Made by a program: the position numbers and the translations under genes. The notes below the pieces were generated by a model that saw only the letters and a program-made list of their open reading frames with translations, was not told the origin of the DNA and ran no database searches. Shown here in pieces: positions 1 through 11,686 of a stretch of DNA of 64,000 bases (its first letter is position 1; each line of letters starts with the position of its first letter). Location: contig OX597830.1 in the NCBI GenBank assembly GCA_951406725.2, positions 70,928,001-70,992,000 on the forward strand, read 5' to 3'. Origin of the DNA: Octopus vulgaris. Taxonomy: Eukaryota.

Positions 1-160
1 AGTTTTTATTCTATCGGCTACTTTTGCTGAAACGTTATGTTACGGGGTCGTAAACATATCAACACCGGTTGCCAAGTGGTGGTAAGGGCTAAACACAGAC
101 ACAAAGCCATATGCAAGCTCACACATACGCACACACACACAAACGCACACATATATATAT
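1..160 (-). mobile_element. SINE family A, partial copy (cut by window edge)
   Basis: TTATTCTATCGG...TTACGGGGTCGTAAACA...CGGTTG matches the 3' half of the other family A copies. Confidence 0.8.
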
Positions 161-302
161 ATAGAAAGCCATCATACACAAGCATCGCTTGAAAAAGAAA
201 AGTAAGACCTGTCACAAAAATGGCTTGTCGTAGCCTTCACTTCTGTGGGACTTTCGATGAGTCGATGAAGGTACTCGAACACGAGTCCGCAGCCATCATA
301 TG

Positions 303-703
303 TCTTTACTCTTTTACTCTGTCCCTTGTTTCAGTCATTTGACTGCGGCCATGATGGAGCACCGACTTTAGTCGAGCAAAGCTTTGTAAGCCTATACTTA
401 TTCTATCGGTCTCTTTTGCCGAACCGCTATGTTACGGGGACGTAAACACACCAGCATCGGCGGTTGTCAAGCGATGTTGGGGGGACAAACACAGACACAC
501 AAACATATACACACACATACATATATATATGCGTATATACGACGGGCTTCTTTCAGTTTCCGTCAACCAAATCCACTCACGCGGCTTTGGTTGGCTCGAG
601 GCTATACTAGAAGACATTTGCCCAAGGTGCCACGCAGTTGCAATGAACCCGGAACCTTGTGGTTGGTAAGCAAGATACTTACCATACAGCCACTCCTGCA
701 CCT
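303..703 (-). mobile_element. tRNA-derived SINE family A, near full length (CORE-like segment, internal microsatellite)
   Basis: Minus strand: A-box-like TGGCTGTATGG, B-box-like GGTTCATTGC, GCACCTTGGGCAA CORE-like motif, internal (CA/TA) tract, 3' CAGTCAAATGACTGAAACAAG; >15 copies in window. Confidence 0.9.
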
Positions 704-711
704 AAATATAT

Positions 712-935
712 GCGACGCGCTTCCTTCAGTTTCCGTCTACCACATCCACTTTGGTTCTTTGGTCAGCGCACGAATCTGTAGTTGAAGGTATTTGCTCACG
801 GAGCCGCGCAGTGGAACTGAACCCGGAACCATGTGGGTTCAGTCCCTTTGCGTGGCACCTTGAGAAAGTGTTTTAAAGTATAAGCTTCATGCCGACCGAA
901 GCTGTGTGATTGGATATGATAGACGGAAACTGTTG
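712..935. mobile_element. Two partial SINE A 5' halves joined in inverted orientation
   Basis: 712-835 is minus-orientation SINE A; 836-935 is plus-orientation GGTTCAGTCCC...GACGGAAACTG. Confidence 0.7.
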
Positions 936-1124
936 ATGTTTAACCTCAAGTGAGGCATAAATTCCATTAGTGACCATCTCGTCTTATGATCTCGCATACT
1001 CCTGACTACACTAACCAATGTGAACGAAATTATAGCGATAGAAGCTGTATGAATACGATAAGGTAATCGTAATATCCAGCTAAAGGGTATTAAAACACAG
1101 CTTCCATTTTAACTTAGAGTTAAA

Positions 1125-1260
1125 GATTGGTTTCAGCTTCTGACACAAGGCCAACAATTTCGAGGAAGGAAATAAATTGATTACATCGACTCCAGTGCTC
1201 AACTGGTACTTTTTTCATCAATTCCAAATTCAAAGGGCAAAGTCAACCTCGGCTGAATTG
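1125..1260 (-). mobile_element. SINE family B, degenerate 3' part
   Basis: CACAAGGCC...GATTACATCGACTCCAGTGCTCAACTGGTACT...GGCAAAGTCAACCTCGG. Confidence 0.7.
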
Positions 1261-1384
1261 GAGAGAAAGATTATTATATATGTGCTTGTATATAATCGTT
1301 CACACGTACTTACATATATACATTATTACGTGTGTGTGTATATATGTTTGTGTGTGTGTGTGATTATATGAAGTTATGAAAAAA

Positions 1385-1666
1385 AAATGGCACTCCGTTA
1401 GTTATGACGACGAGAGTTCCAGTTGATCCGATCAACGGAACAGTTTGCTCGTGAAAATTCACGTGCAAGTGGCTGAACACTCCACAGACATACTCTCTTT
1501 ACTTGTTTCAGTTATGTGACTGCGCCTTTTAGTCGAGCAAATCGACACCAGGACTTATTCTATCGTTCTGTTTTGCCGAACCGCTAAGTTACGGGGACGT
1601 AAACACACCAGCATCGGTTGTCAAGCGATATTAGGTAGGGGGACAAACACAGACACACAAACATAT

Positions 1667-1718
<52 letters not shown>

Positions 1719-2085
1719 GACGGGCTTCTTTCAGTTTCCGTCTACCAAATCCACTCACAAGGCTTTGGTTGGCCCGAGGCTATAGTCGATGACACTTGCC
1801 CAAAGCGCCACGCTGTGGAACTGAACCCAGAACCATGTGGCTGGTAAGCAAGCTACTTACCACACAGCCACTCCTACGCTTATGTGTACCTTTAACGCAG
1901 ATCTCAGGGAGGTTCTGCGTGACACAGAATGTGACAAGGCTGGCCCTTTGAAATACAGGTACAACTCATTTTTGCCACCTGAGTGAACTGGAGCAACGTG
2001 AAATAAAGGGTCTTGTTCAAAGATACAAGGCGTCGCCGGGAATTGAACTCACGATCGTAAGTCGAATATCCTAAGCCACGCTGTG
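1385..2085 (-). mobile_element. CORE-type tRNA SINE (head D + tail type 2), interrupted by SINE A
   Basis: Head/CORE at 1960-2085 (CTGAGTGAACTGGAGCAACGTGAAAT); tail in two pieces, 1882-1960 and 1385-1490, that rejoin as CTCCACAGACA|TGTGTACCTTTAACG as in other tail-2 copies. Confidence 0.8.
1491..1880 (-). mobile_element. SINE family A nested in the SINE D copy
   Basis: Family A sequence with internal (TA)n; head ends CCACACAGCCACTCCT. Confidence 0.9.
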
Positions 2086-2289
2086 CTATAAATTCACTGA
2101 AGTTATAATACAGCCAATATAACAATAAACTGAAGGATTACTCAATACTTCTCGCCGGACTGTCCAAAGAAGTAGAGCAGTTCGAAACTTCGATGTTACT
2201 GTCACCACTCATCTTACGAAAGTATAATAATAATAATGATAATAATAATAATAATAATAGTAATAATAATAATAATAGTAATAATAATA

Positions 2290-2500
2290 TTTTCTACTCT
2301 AGGCACAAGGCTCGAAATTTTGGGGGAGGGGGCCAGTCGATTAGATCGACCTCAGAACGCAACTGGTACTTAGTTTATCGACCTCGAAAGGATGAACGGT
2401 AAATTCGACCTCGGCGGATTTTGAACTCGGAACGTAGGGACGGGTGAAATACGGCTAAGCATTTTGTCCAGCGCGCTAACGACTCTGCCAGCTCGCCGCG
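2290..2500 (-). mobile_element. SINE family B (tail variant 2), flanked by (AAT)n
   Basis: Minus: GCGGCGAGCTGGCAGA...GAGTTCAAAATCCGCC...TTCATCCTTTCGAGGTCGATAAA...GTACCAG. Confidence 0.9.
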
Positions 2501-2504
2501 TCAT

Positions 2505-2549
<45 letters not shown>

Positions 2550-3044
2550 TAATAATAATAACGGACTTGTCGTATACAGTGTTGAAGTGTCCTACAATTC
2601 TGTTTTTACGAGTGTGTATGTTGTGTGGACGAATGTATGTATGTATCTACGTATATATGTATGTATGTATGTATTTTTGTATGTATGTATGTATGTAAGC
2701 ACTTGTATATGTATGTACGCATATATACATATATATAAAACATAATCTGTGATTTGAGGAATGTTTTGCTGATATGATTAGAAGGTCGATCAAGGGGGCA
2801 TGTATGTGTATGTACGCATATGTCAGAATACATATGTATGCATATATATCCGTGTATATGAACAAATTTATTTCAGCATGTCTGCATATATAAATGTATA
2901 TATATATTCATGTATGTATGCTTTCATATAAGTACTCATGTATGTGTATACAATGTTTGTGCGTTTACAGTTTCACACAATAGAGAATGCTGTTGGCACA
3001 TAAACATCAGGTCCCGCGCGGGCGTTTATTATTATCTGGGTTAT

Positions 3045-3074
3045 TGGAATATTTAGTAGTAGTAGTATTAGTAT

Positions 3075-3121
<47 letters not shown>

Positions 3122-3122
3122 T
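3045..3122. repeat. (AGT)n microsatellite
   Basis: Directly visible. Confidence 0.95.
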
Positions 3123-3428
3123 CCATTAAGAGATGTCACTGCAAACGGTGGTAATGTGCTTGTTCTACCCACTAAAAAAAAAAAAACAAACAAGAAAATT
3201 ATTTATATACTAATATATGTTTCGGATATTTAGGTCTGAGATCAAATCATGCCTAGGTCAACGTGCCATTTAATCCCACAATATTCCACATAATAAAGTA
3301 CCGGTCAGGTATTGGGGTGGATGTCATGATTGTATAAACACCATTCCCATCCCCTCAGAGTGCAAAAGGTACAATAAGACGGGCTTAGGCAATTATTTTG
3401 AAATTTGAGAAAAATTTTAAATGCACAG

Positions 3429-3483
<55 letters not shown>

Positions 3484-3487
<4 letters not shown>

Positions 3488-3811
3488 GAAGGTTGAAAAG
3501 GAACACACGGGTTGATATATATGGAAAAACAAGTCAAGGTAGAAAATGCTAAATTAATTTTATAAAAAACATTTCAGTACCGGTTGCAGTCATTCAGACT
3601 GTTTCAACTGTAGGTATGGGAAACAATTAAATTTTAGAAAAATTAAAAGAACATTTTTTCTTAAAGAATATTTGCATAGTATTCTAATACAAAATTTAAT
3701 TGTTTTCCATACTTACACTTGAAAAAGTCTCAATGACTGAAACCGGTACTGAAATAATTTTTATAAAATCAATTCAGCATTTTCTACCTTGACTTGTTTT
3801 TCCATATATAT
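3484..3811. mobile_element. (TA)n-embedded inverted repeat with a hammerhead-like motif in each arm (probable Penelope-like pseudo-LTR)
   Basis: Arms about 3515-3635 and 3690-3811 are reverse complements; motif TTGAAAA-AGTC-5nt-GACT-GAAA-CCGG-TA-CTG. Confidence 0.7.
3716..3751 (+). ncRNA. Minimal type I hammerhead ribozyme-like motif, U3-A8 variant
   Basis: CAC TTGAAAA AGTC tcaat GACT GAAA CCGG TA CTG; the mirror copy on minus (3575-3610) has the intact stem I CAG/CTG. Confidence 0.6.
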
Positions 3812-3940
3812 ATAATAAAGGGGTAAAATTAATTAATTAATAATTAATAATTAATAATTAATAATTTTACCAAGTAGTCCAGTATGTTTAAATAACATTT
3901 TAAAGTAAAATTATACAAATATTCTATAATTTTAAACATA

Positions 3941-4062
3941 ATTATAATCACGGGTCAGCTAATTGTTTCGCCACGCACCAAATTTAGAAATAGGAGTTAA
4001 ATGGCAACTCCTATTTCTAAATTCGGTGCGTGGCAAAGGACTTAGGTGACCCTGATTATAAT
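3941..4062. repeat. Imperfect inverted repeat (about 55 bp arms)
   Basis: GCCACGCACCAAATTTAGAAATAGGAGTT / AACTCCTATTTCTAAATTCGGTGCGTGGC. Confidence 0.9.
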
Positions 4063-4084
4063 AATGTTTATAACTTTAGAATAT

Positions 4085-4136
<52 letters not shown>

Positions 4137-4168
4137 ATATATGTACATAAATATGTATATATATACAC

Positions 4169-4223
<55 letters not shown>

Positions 4224-4304
4224 CACATATATACACACATATATGTAATATATGTGCGTATGTTCACACACGCATTGCGCATACATACAAACACCTATAT
4301 ATAT

Positions 4305-4432
4305 GTGTCACGCTGAATTTCCCCAAGGGTACACGTGTCTGCGGAGTGCTCAGCCACTTGCACGTTAATTTCATGAGCAGGCTGTTCCAATGATCAGATC
4401 AACTGGAACCCTCGTCGTCGTAACCGACGGAC
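4305..4432 (+). mobile_element. Isolated SINE tail type 2 (5'-truncated)
   Basis: GTGCTCAGCCACTTGCACGTTAATTTCA...GGAACCCTCGTCGTCGTAACCGACGG; also at 25550-25655 and 38010-38105. Confidence 0.85.
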
Positions 4433-4451
4433 TGGTACGACACACATACAC

Positions 4452-4508
<57 letters not shown>

Positions 4509-4594
4509 TAAAATTAATTAAGGGTAGAAATTGATATTAGTCAATTAAAACCAGTGATCTATCATATTAAAAAGAATCCGAAGATTAAAATATT

Positions 4595-4795
4595 TATATA
4601 TACCAATTAAGGACTGAACACGAAAAGTGGACAGTCAACATGCTAGATATAGACGTCAAATCGCCATTCTCCACAAAGATTATGTTCTCAAATAAAACTC
4701 AGTTTTGTTTGAGAACATAATCTTTGTGGAGAATGGCGATTTGACGTCTATATCTAGCATGTTGACTGTCCACTTTTCGTGTTCAGTCCTTAATT

Positions 4796-4805
<10 letters not shown>
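4595..4805. repeat. Near-perfect palindrome, about 105 bp arms, 1 nt centre
   Basis: Arms 4595-4699 and 4701-4805 are reverse complements with one mismatch (4693/4707). Confidence 0.95.
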
Positions 4806-4863
<58 letters not shown>

Positions 4864-5183
4864 AACGTATATATGTGCGTATATATGTATAAATATATAT
4901 GCGTGTAAATGTGTGTATGTGTATATATATATACATATATATACACATATACATACATAAATGTATATATATATATAAGAAATTAATTTGTGTAAAAATC
5001 AATTAGAAGGTTACTCCATATAATGAGAGTCTAATATTACTATAAAGGCTTTGTAATGCATGCATTATATCCACTACAAATAATTCCACGTACATAAATA
5101 TGTTCTACAGGTGCCTGATGACAGTACGTATGTACGTGAAATTATTAGCAGCGTATATAATGCATGTGGTATGAAGCAATTAT

Positions 5184-5264
<81 letters not shown>

Positions 5265-5583
5265 GTGTATATTGACAGGGCAAGACTGCTAGGAAGTCGG
5301 CCGCATGCTAGAAATAGATCATCAACGATCAAACTGTCAATATACACATGTATTAGAATTTTTCTCCGATTTTTCAGATTTTTGTATGCTAGACTACTGG
5401 TTTTAAATTGAAATTGAAATTAATATTAATTTATCTCCCTCATTATTTTATATATTTATATATATATATCCATGGTATTAAGTCCAACAAGTAGCAGAGC
5501 ACATGATTAGTTTAGAGAGGAAAATTATTATTTATATATATAATTTTATTATATAAATTAGTACATTTTCATTTTATTAAATA

Positions 5584-5984
5584 CTAGCAGTATCGCCCGG
5601 CGTTGCTCGGGTTTGTAAGGGAAATAACTATATAATCATTTTTAGAGATGTAAAGTATAATAGCCATCTCAATATGGCTAACCACAAAGCGGGGGGGGGG
5701 GTGTTACTGTAGCTTTTTACGTTCTGAGATTTAATGATACATTTTTAGAGAGTTACTTCCCTTATATAATAGCAAAAAAATGCATTACAAATGGGAAAAA
5801 ATAATGGTAATTTTTTTTTTAATCGTAGACTCATCGTAGACGCGCGCTAATACCCAGAAAGGCTCGATATGAATCACGACTATAAGATACCCACTTTTGG
5901 TTACACTGCACCGCAAAATGTGGGAGTAGTTAGGAATCTAAATCGTAGGAGACAGACACACAACTTCACTTTTATATATAAAGA
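5584..5984 (-). mobile_element. Non-autonomous Helitron
   Basis: Minus: A|TC 5' end (TCTTTATATATAAAAG), 3' hairpin CCCGAGCAACGCCGGG then CTAG|T; second copy at 38648-39018. Confidence 0.85.
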
Positions 5985-6051
5985 TATGTATTAGCGTGTA
6001 TTTGTGTCTATGTACATTTCTAAGTATATACATACAAAGAGACAGAGAGGA

Positions 6052-6082
<31 letters not shown>

Positions 6083-6549
6083 TAGGAAGAGAGAGAGAGA
6101 GATGGAGAGGAGAAGAGAAAGTGAAAGCTAGTGAAAGATAGATAAATAGAAATGGGTAGATTGGTGGTTAGATAGATAATATAATGCACTAATATAATGC
6201 TTCAAACCAAACAAAATCCAAAAAAACAAACGATAAATCACATTCCTCCAGTATATATGTACAATGTATACCTATATATTACTAATTTTTCAATGAATAT
6301 GTGATTAAATGACCAAGCATGTGTGTGTGTGTGTGTGTGTGTGTTTGTGCGCGCGCGCGTTGGCGTGTGTAAATTGTCATTCCAGGTGGAAAAATGTCTT
6401 GCATAGATATTTCTGAAATATTACCAGGTTCTGGGGTATGTTACCACGATTCGCAAAGTTCCGAATGTCATTTTGGCGAAATTAGGTACTAATAAGACAT
6501 GTTCTCCACCACAGTGTGCATGTGTACGTATACATACATACACACACAC

Positions 6550-6580
<31 letters not shown>

Positions 6581-6620
6581 CATACATACATACATACATA
6601 CACACACACATATATATATA

Positions 6621-6701
<81 letters not shown>

Positions 6702-7011
6702 GCATACACACATACTTATAATTATGTATGCTTACGGTGCGAATGTATTTTTATATGGTGCCGTTTTTACCATCCTGTAAATATTAATAATGATATTTTT
6801 ATATAAGCTTAAACGTTTTGGCGATCATCGTGCAATGCCTAAGGAAAATAGTGTAATAAATGGATATACATGGCCACGACAGAAAAAAGAGGGCTCCCAC
6901 GTGGAGAGCAAAGCCTTCTTTTTCTGTCGAGGGCTTGTCTGTCCCTTTATTAGACTATTTTTCCTTAGTCATTGTATGGTGATCGCCATAAGCTTTAAGG
7001 CTATATAAAAA

Positions 7012-7061
<50 letters not shown>

Positions 7062-7467
7062 ACATGTATATATATATATAACATTAGCATATACATACAT
7101 ATGCACACACATAACTATATAAACACATAAATATATATATATCATAATAAGAGTATATATATCTATATATATGTATGTATATTCACTTATACATATTTAT
7201 AAATACATATATTTATAAACTTAAATATTATATACCTATATATTATATATTATGTATATTATAACTTATATATAATCTATTATACATATATATATATACA
7301 TACATACGGCCATGATGGAACACCGCGTTGGCAAATAACATACACACATATATGTATGAATGTATGTACGTATGTATGTATGTATGTATGTATGTATGTA
7401 TGTATGTATGTATGTATGTATGTATGTATGTATGTATGTATGTATGTATGCATGTATGTATGTATAT

Positions 7468-7546
<79 letters not shown>

Positions 7547-8005
7547 GGAGATTTAGTTTCGAAAAATAATTCTCAGTGGATGTAGGCAATAATGATAAAT
7601 AGAAGAAAATTGTTTGTGTATTGAAATTGCCTTACCTGCGAGAAAAGAAGAAGCAAATGCGTTGTTGGAATTGGAATTGGCAACTTGAGATCCATAAGGA
7701 AAATTCAGTTGATTTTCTGGGAAAAAAAGGGCACAAAAGGATCACTGTTGACACGTGTTTCTTGTCAGTAAGTGTCGTTAGCACTGCGGGTGTCTTACAT
7801 AGGCATATGTAAGTGATGTGTTTTTGTATCCTTAAATCCTTAAAAATGTATTAGGCCGAAGGCCGCGGCCATGCTGGGGCACCATGTTTATCTTTCTAGG
7901 TGCTTGAGTGTTATATCCATCTATCCATCCGTGTATGTGTATGCATGTATTACATATATCTATCATTCATATATGTATATAAATATTTGTATAATTATAT
8001 ATAAA

Positions 8006-8058
<53 letters not shown>

Positions 8059-8089
8059 GTATATATATATATATTACACATTCTTTATT

Positions 8090-8243
8090 TTCTTTAGTTA
8101 ATCATTGTTTCTTTCTGTGTTACTTTCTGTAGAAGAGGGTATGCTCGAAACATTAAAGCCTTTTTGTACTTCCCGAGCGTTATACTAATACATGTTTGTT
8201 GTCTACACCACCTGTCTTCGTCTTTTGTTATCTTGTGAATTCT

Positions 8244-8247
<4 letters not shown>
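8090..8247 (+). mobile_element. (TA)n-embedded repeat with a degenerate hammerhead-like motif (Penelope-like terminus)
   Basis: CTTT CTGTAGA A GAG ggtatg CTC GAAA CAT T AAAG at 8123-8158, then a pyrimidine-rich tail; related copies at 42735-42860(-) and 30470-30582(-). Confidence 0.55.
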
Positions 8248-8314
<67 letters not shown>

Positions 8315-8565
8315 CATACATACGTACATACACACATATAAGAGGGATGACCACTAATTGGACATCCAGTATGCTAAAAGTCGCCTCCCTATGGTCTTAC
8401 CACTAAGAAAGGAATATTCTCAAAAATGTTCACCCTTATTATTTTAAATTTATATGTATATATAATGGTCCTCTTTTTTAAAAAATATATTTGTGTGTAC
8501 AGGTGTTTCATTCTGTCTTTTTCATAAATTCTTTCTCTCTTTGCATGTATGTATGTATGTGTTTG

Positions 8566-8641
<76 letters not shown>

Positions 8642-8679
8642 CCTATCTATCCCGTTATATGCCTTTCTTATATGGACCA

Positions 8680-8912
8680 CCACTGCTCTTAAGCTGGGGT
8701 CTATATAAGATTTTGTTAATGTTTTTGTACAATAAGTTGATTATTTTTCGACAATACGCAAAGTATTTTAATATTTGTTATACTATTCTAATACTTAATT
8801 GCAAAAATATAATAGGTATTTTCAAACATCGAATTGCTATCGGTGTGCTGTAGAATCAAAGAAAAATGCGAATCAAAGAATTTTACAGACAAAAGATAGT
8901 TGAGAAACACTG
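8680..8912. mobile_element. Degenerate hAT-type MITE
   Basis: Right end GTTGAGAAACACTG followed by ATCTATAG; left end decayed CACTGCTCTTAAGCTGGGGTC. Confidence 0.5.
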
Positions 8913-9040
8913 ATCTATAGGATATTTGGGCTAAATTTGATAGTTTCTATAAAAGGAAAAAAGAAAAAAACAAAACAAAAAACACATTATTCCATCCAAT
9001 AAATAAAAAGGATTTTAAAATATCAAATTTATCAAGTAGA

Positions 9041-9480
9041 TTATATGTTGGAGATAACATTTTGCTCAAAGTATTCGTCTTTAGCTTCTACCACAGCCTC
9101 AGGATGGCTGTGGTACCTAGCGCACGTGTTCCTCATTGTGTCCATGAGAAAATCTCGGAACACCTTCCTGATCTTGGCTCCCAGCTTGGCCTTAGCGTTG
9201 GAGGCAGAGTGGTTCGTGTCATTCTCAGCTGCGCTTCGCGTGTAATAATCCATGGGATTACAAGCAGAGGAATTTGAAGACCAGAAAGTGAGGCTGGTGA
9301 AATCGTAAAAATTCTTAGACAACCAGTTTGAACTTTTTGGGAGGTATGACAAGAAACCGAATCCTGCTGCCATACATATATGACTTTCCAGCAGCAACTC
9401 TCCTAAAGCCAGGAATTGACCACAGTCTCTTGTAGCTTCACGTAGTTGTTTGAACTGAGCCTAAAACTGTGCTCAAAGAA
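9041..9480 (-). pseudogene. Tc1/mariner superfamily transposase remnant, DD37D (maT-like)
   Basis: VWQQDSVSCHTS (frameshift) WLSKNFYDFTSLTFWSSNSSACNPMDYY...EAVVEAKDEYFE; restoring a 1-nt deletion gives 37 residues between QQD and PMD. Confidence 0.85.
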
Positions 9481-9659
9481 CGTGGGGATAAATTCCGGCA
9501 TGCGAATGCAGTGTCCCTTCCTGGTGGCCACGGGTTCGTTTTCTCTACTGTAGCTGTTCACGTGACGTCATACAGCCTTTACATTGTTATACAAAGCGTG
9601 GGGCATCAGTTATAATATTCGCATTTTGATACCCGGCGCGAATCATCGTAATACTCATA

Positions 9660-9668
9660 CTGCTGCTG

Positions 9669-9756
<88 letters not shown>
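9660..9756. repeat. (ACT)n microsatellite
   Basis: Directly visible. Confidence 0.95.
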
Positions 9757-10110
9757 TCTTTGCCAATATTCAGATGGCTTCCAGTTCACCATGTTAGCTA
9801 AAGTTTTCTCAACTACAATTTTAATCTTTATGATATCCAAAGCCGTTGCCCGTTGACTAATACATCATATTTCCTGCTCTAAAAGAGCCTGGTTAATAGA
9901 ATGCACAGTTACATGACACAGCCAATATACCTTGCAACCATGTTATAGAATTCAGCCAGCATGCTGCAGAGGGTTCTCAAAGATCCGATTGAGCATTAAA
10001 AAGTCCGGATCTAAACTGACCCTGGCGTAATTTAATCAGGTCCGAAGAAAAAGCTTGATTAATCCTATTCATGTCCTAATTATACATACATACATACATA
10101 AATACATACA

Positions 10111-10142
<32 letters not shown>

Positions 10143-11380
10143 ATAATACATGTATAAATATATATATATATATACATACATAAATACACATACACACACA
10201 TATATATATATATATACATGCACCATTTTGCATATTGTCATAGGCAGCGATTTAATTTACATCGTCCCGCGTTTCGGATACGCAGCATTGACAGGTCTCA
10301 AAACTGATGCAACATTGATGTGTATCCTCCCTGAATGGGACCAGGAACGAGTAATCTCGCTTCTAGGTGTTTTAATACCAGGCGAATTGATGAGAATATA
10401 TTCTCTCACACCTAAAAACACAGCCTAGCCACGAACTAGCAAATCACATACCATATCTATGTGTGTTCGATATTGTTTATATATATATATATATATAGTA
10501 AAATCTGTTCTGTTTGTGTGTGTGTCTTCTAGGATCTCGGGCATCCTCCACCCGATTGCGCTCAAATTTGATATGTAGATACCGACGGTATCAGAGGAGA
10601 ATGCGATCGATAAAGCCGTGGGAACGTGCATTTGTACACGCAACTACATCAGCTGTTGTGATCGATATCTTTATTTCTTATTTTGCTGGAGTCTCAAATT
10701 TTGGTTAAATCAGTGTTTTTCAAAGGGGAAGCCTAAGGGACTGTCGGACAAGTTGTTTTGAGAAAATTTTGTTTAAATGTTTGACAACTCAGCACCGTCC
10801 ATTGGACGGGAGAGGGGCGTTTTGCTCGTATATATATATATATATGGTCATTTCCACGTAAACAAAAAAATCTTACTAATAATTGTAATTTAAAAAAAAG
10901 GCCAGGCAAAATATTTGCTGACACCTTTATCTGCATTTAGTAAACGATGCCTTTTTGTTATCGAACGAAGTGTGATGAAAGTCATATTTAAACTTGATGG
11001 GATTTGAACTCCACATAGAGAGCTGTAAGAAATTTTGCAGGGCATTTCCTCCGAAGTATTAACAATTCTGCAAAGTTATCGATTCGTACATTTTATTGAT
11101 AGTGAATAGTGATCTTGACACATAGCTAGTAATTTTGAGATGAGGGAGGATAGTTGATACTATCGAACATTGTATTTGAATGGCATTTTATTTTATCGTC
11201 CCTGTTAGAACAAAAGGCAAAGTTGGCATGGACGATATTTGAACTTAAAGCGTAATGTGTTGTAAAAAGTTCATCAAATCTTTTCTTCCGATGCGCTAAA
11301 GATTCAGTCAATTCACCAACCTGTAAATTGTACTATCAATAAATACAATTTTGCTTCATCGCATCTTGCCTTTATATATT

Positions 11381-11686
11381 GGTGTTTGTTCCTTCTCGAG
11401 CCATGCCTGGTACATAAGGGCCGGTTACCCCCGCTTTCGTTGGCGTAAAGGTTCCCCACCTGGACGAGACGCCGGTCCGTCGCAGGTAAGCTGCTAGATG
11501 CAGAAGGAGAGAATGAGATAAAGATGCGGTGAAAGAGTCAGCAGAAGTTCGCCATTATCTTGTGCCGGAGCCGCGTCGCGCTTAGGTGTTTTGCTCATAA
11601 ACACACATCGCCCGGCCTGAGATTCGAACCCGCGATCCCTCGACCGCGATTCCGCTGCTCTAACCACTAGGCCATGTGCCTCCACT
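11381..11686 (-). mobile_element. tRNA-derived SINE family C, full length with 12-bp TSD
   Basis: Minus head GGAGGCACATGGCCTAGTGGTTAGAGC...GGTTCGAATC; TSD CCTTTATATATT at 11369-11380 and 11688-11699. Confidence 0.92.

Noticed and set aside
10220-10640. Possible Helitron-like fragments
   Set aside because: Suggestive 5' motif (TA run, GTGT, CCGATTGCGCTCAAATTTG) but termini cannot be defined
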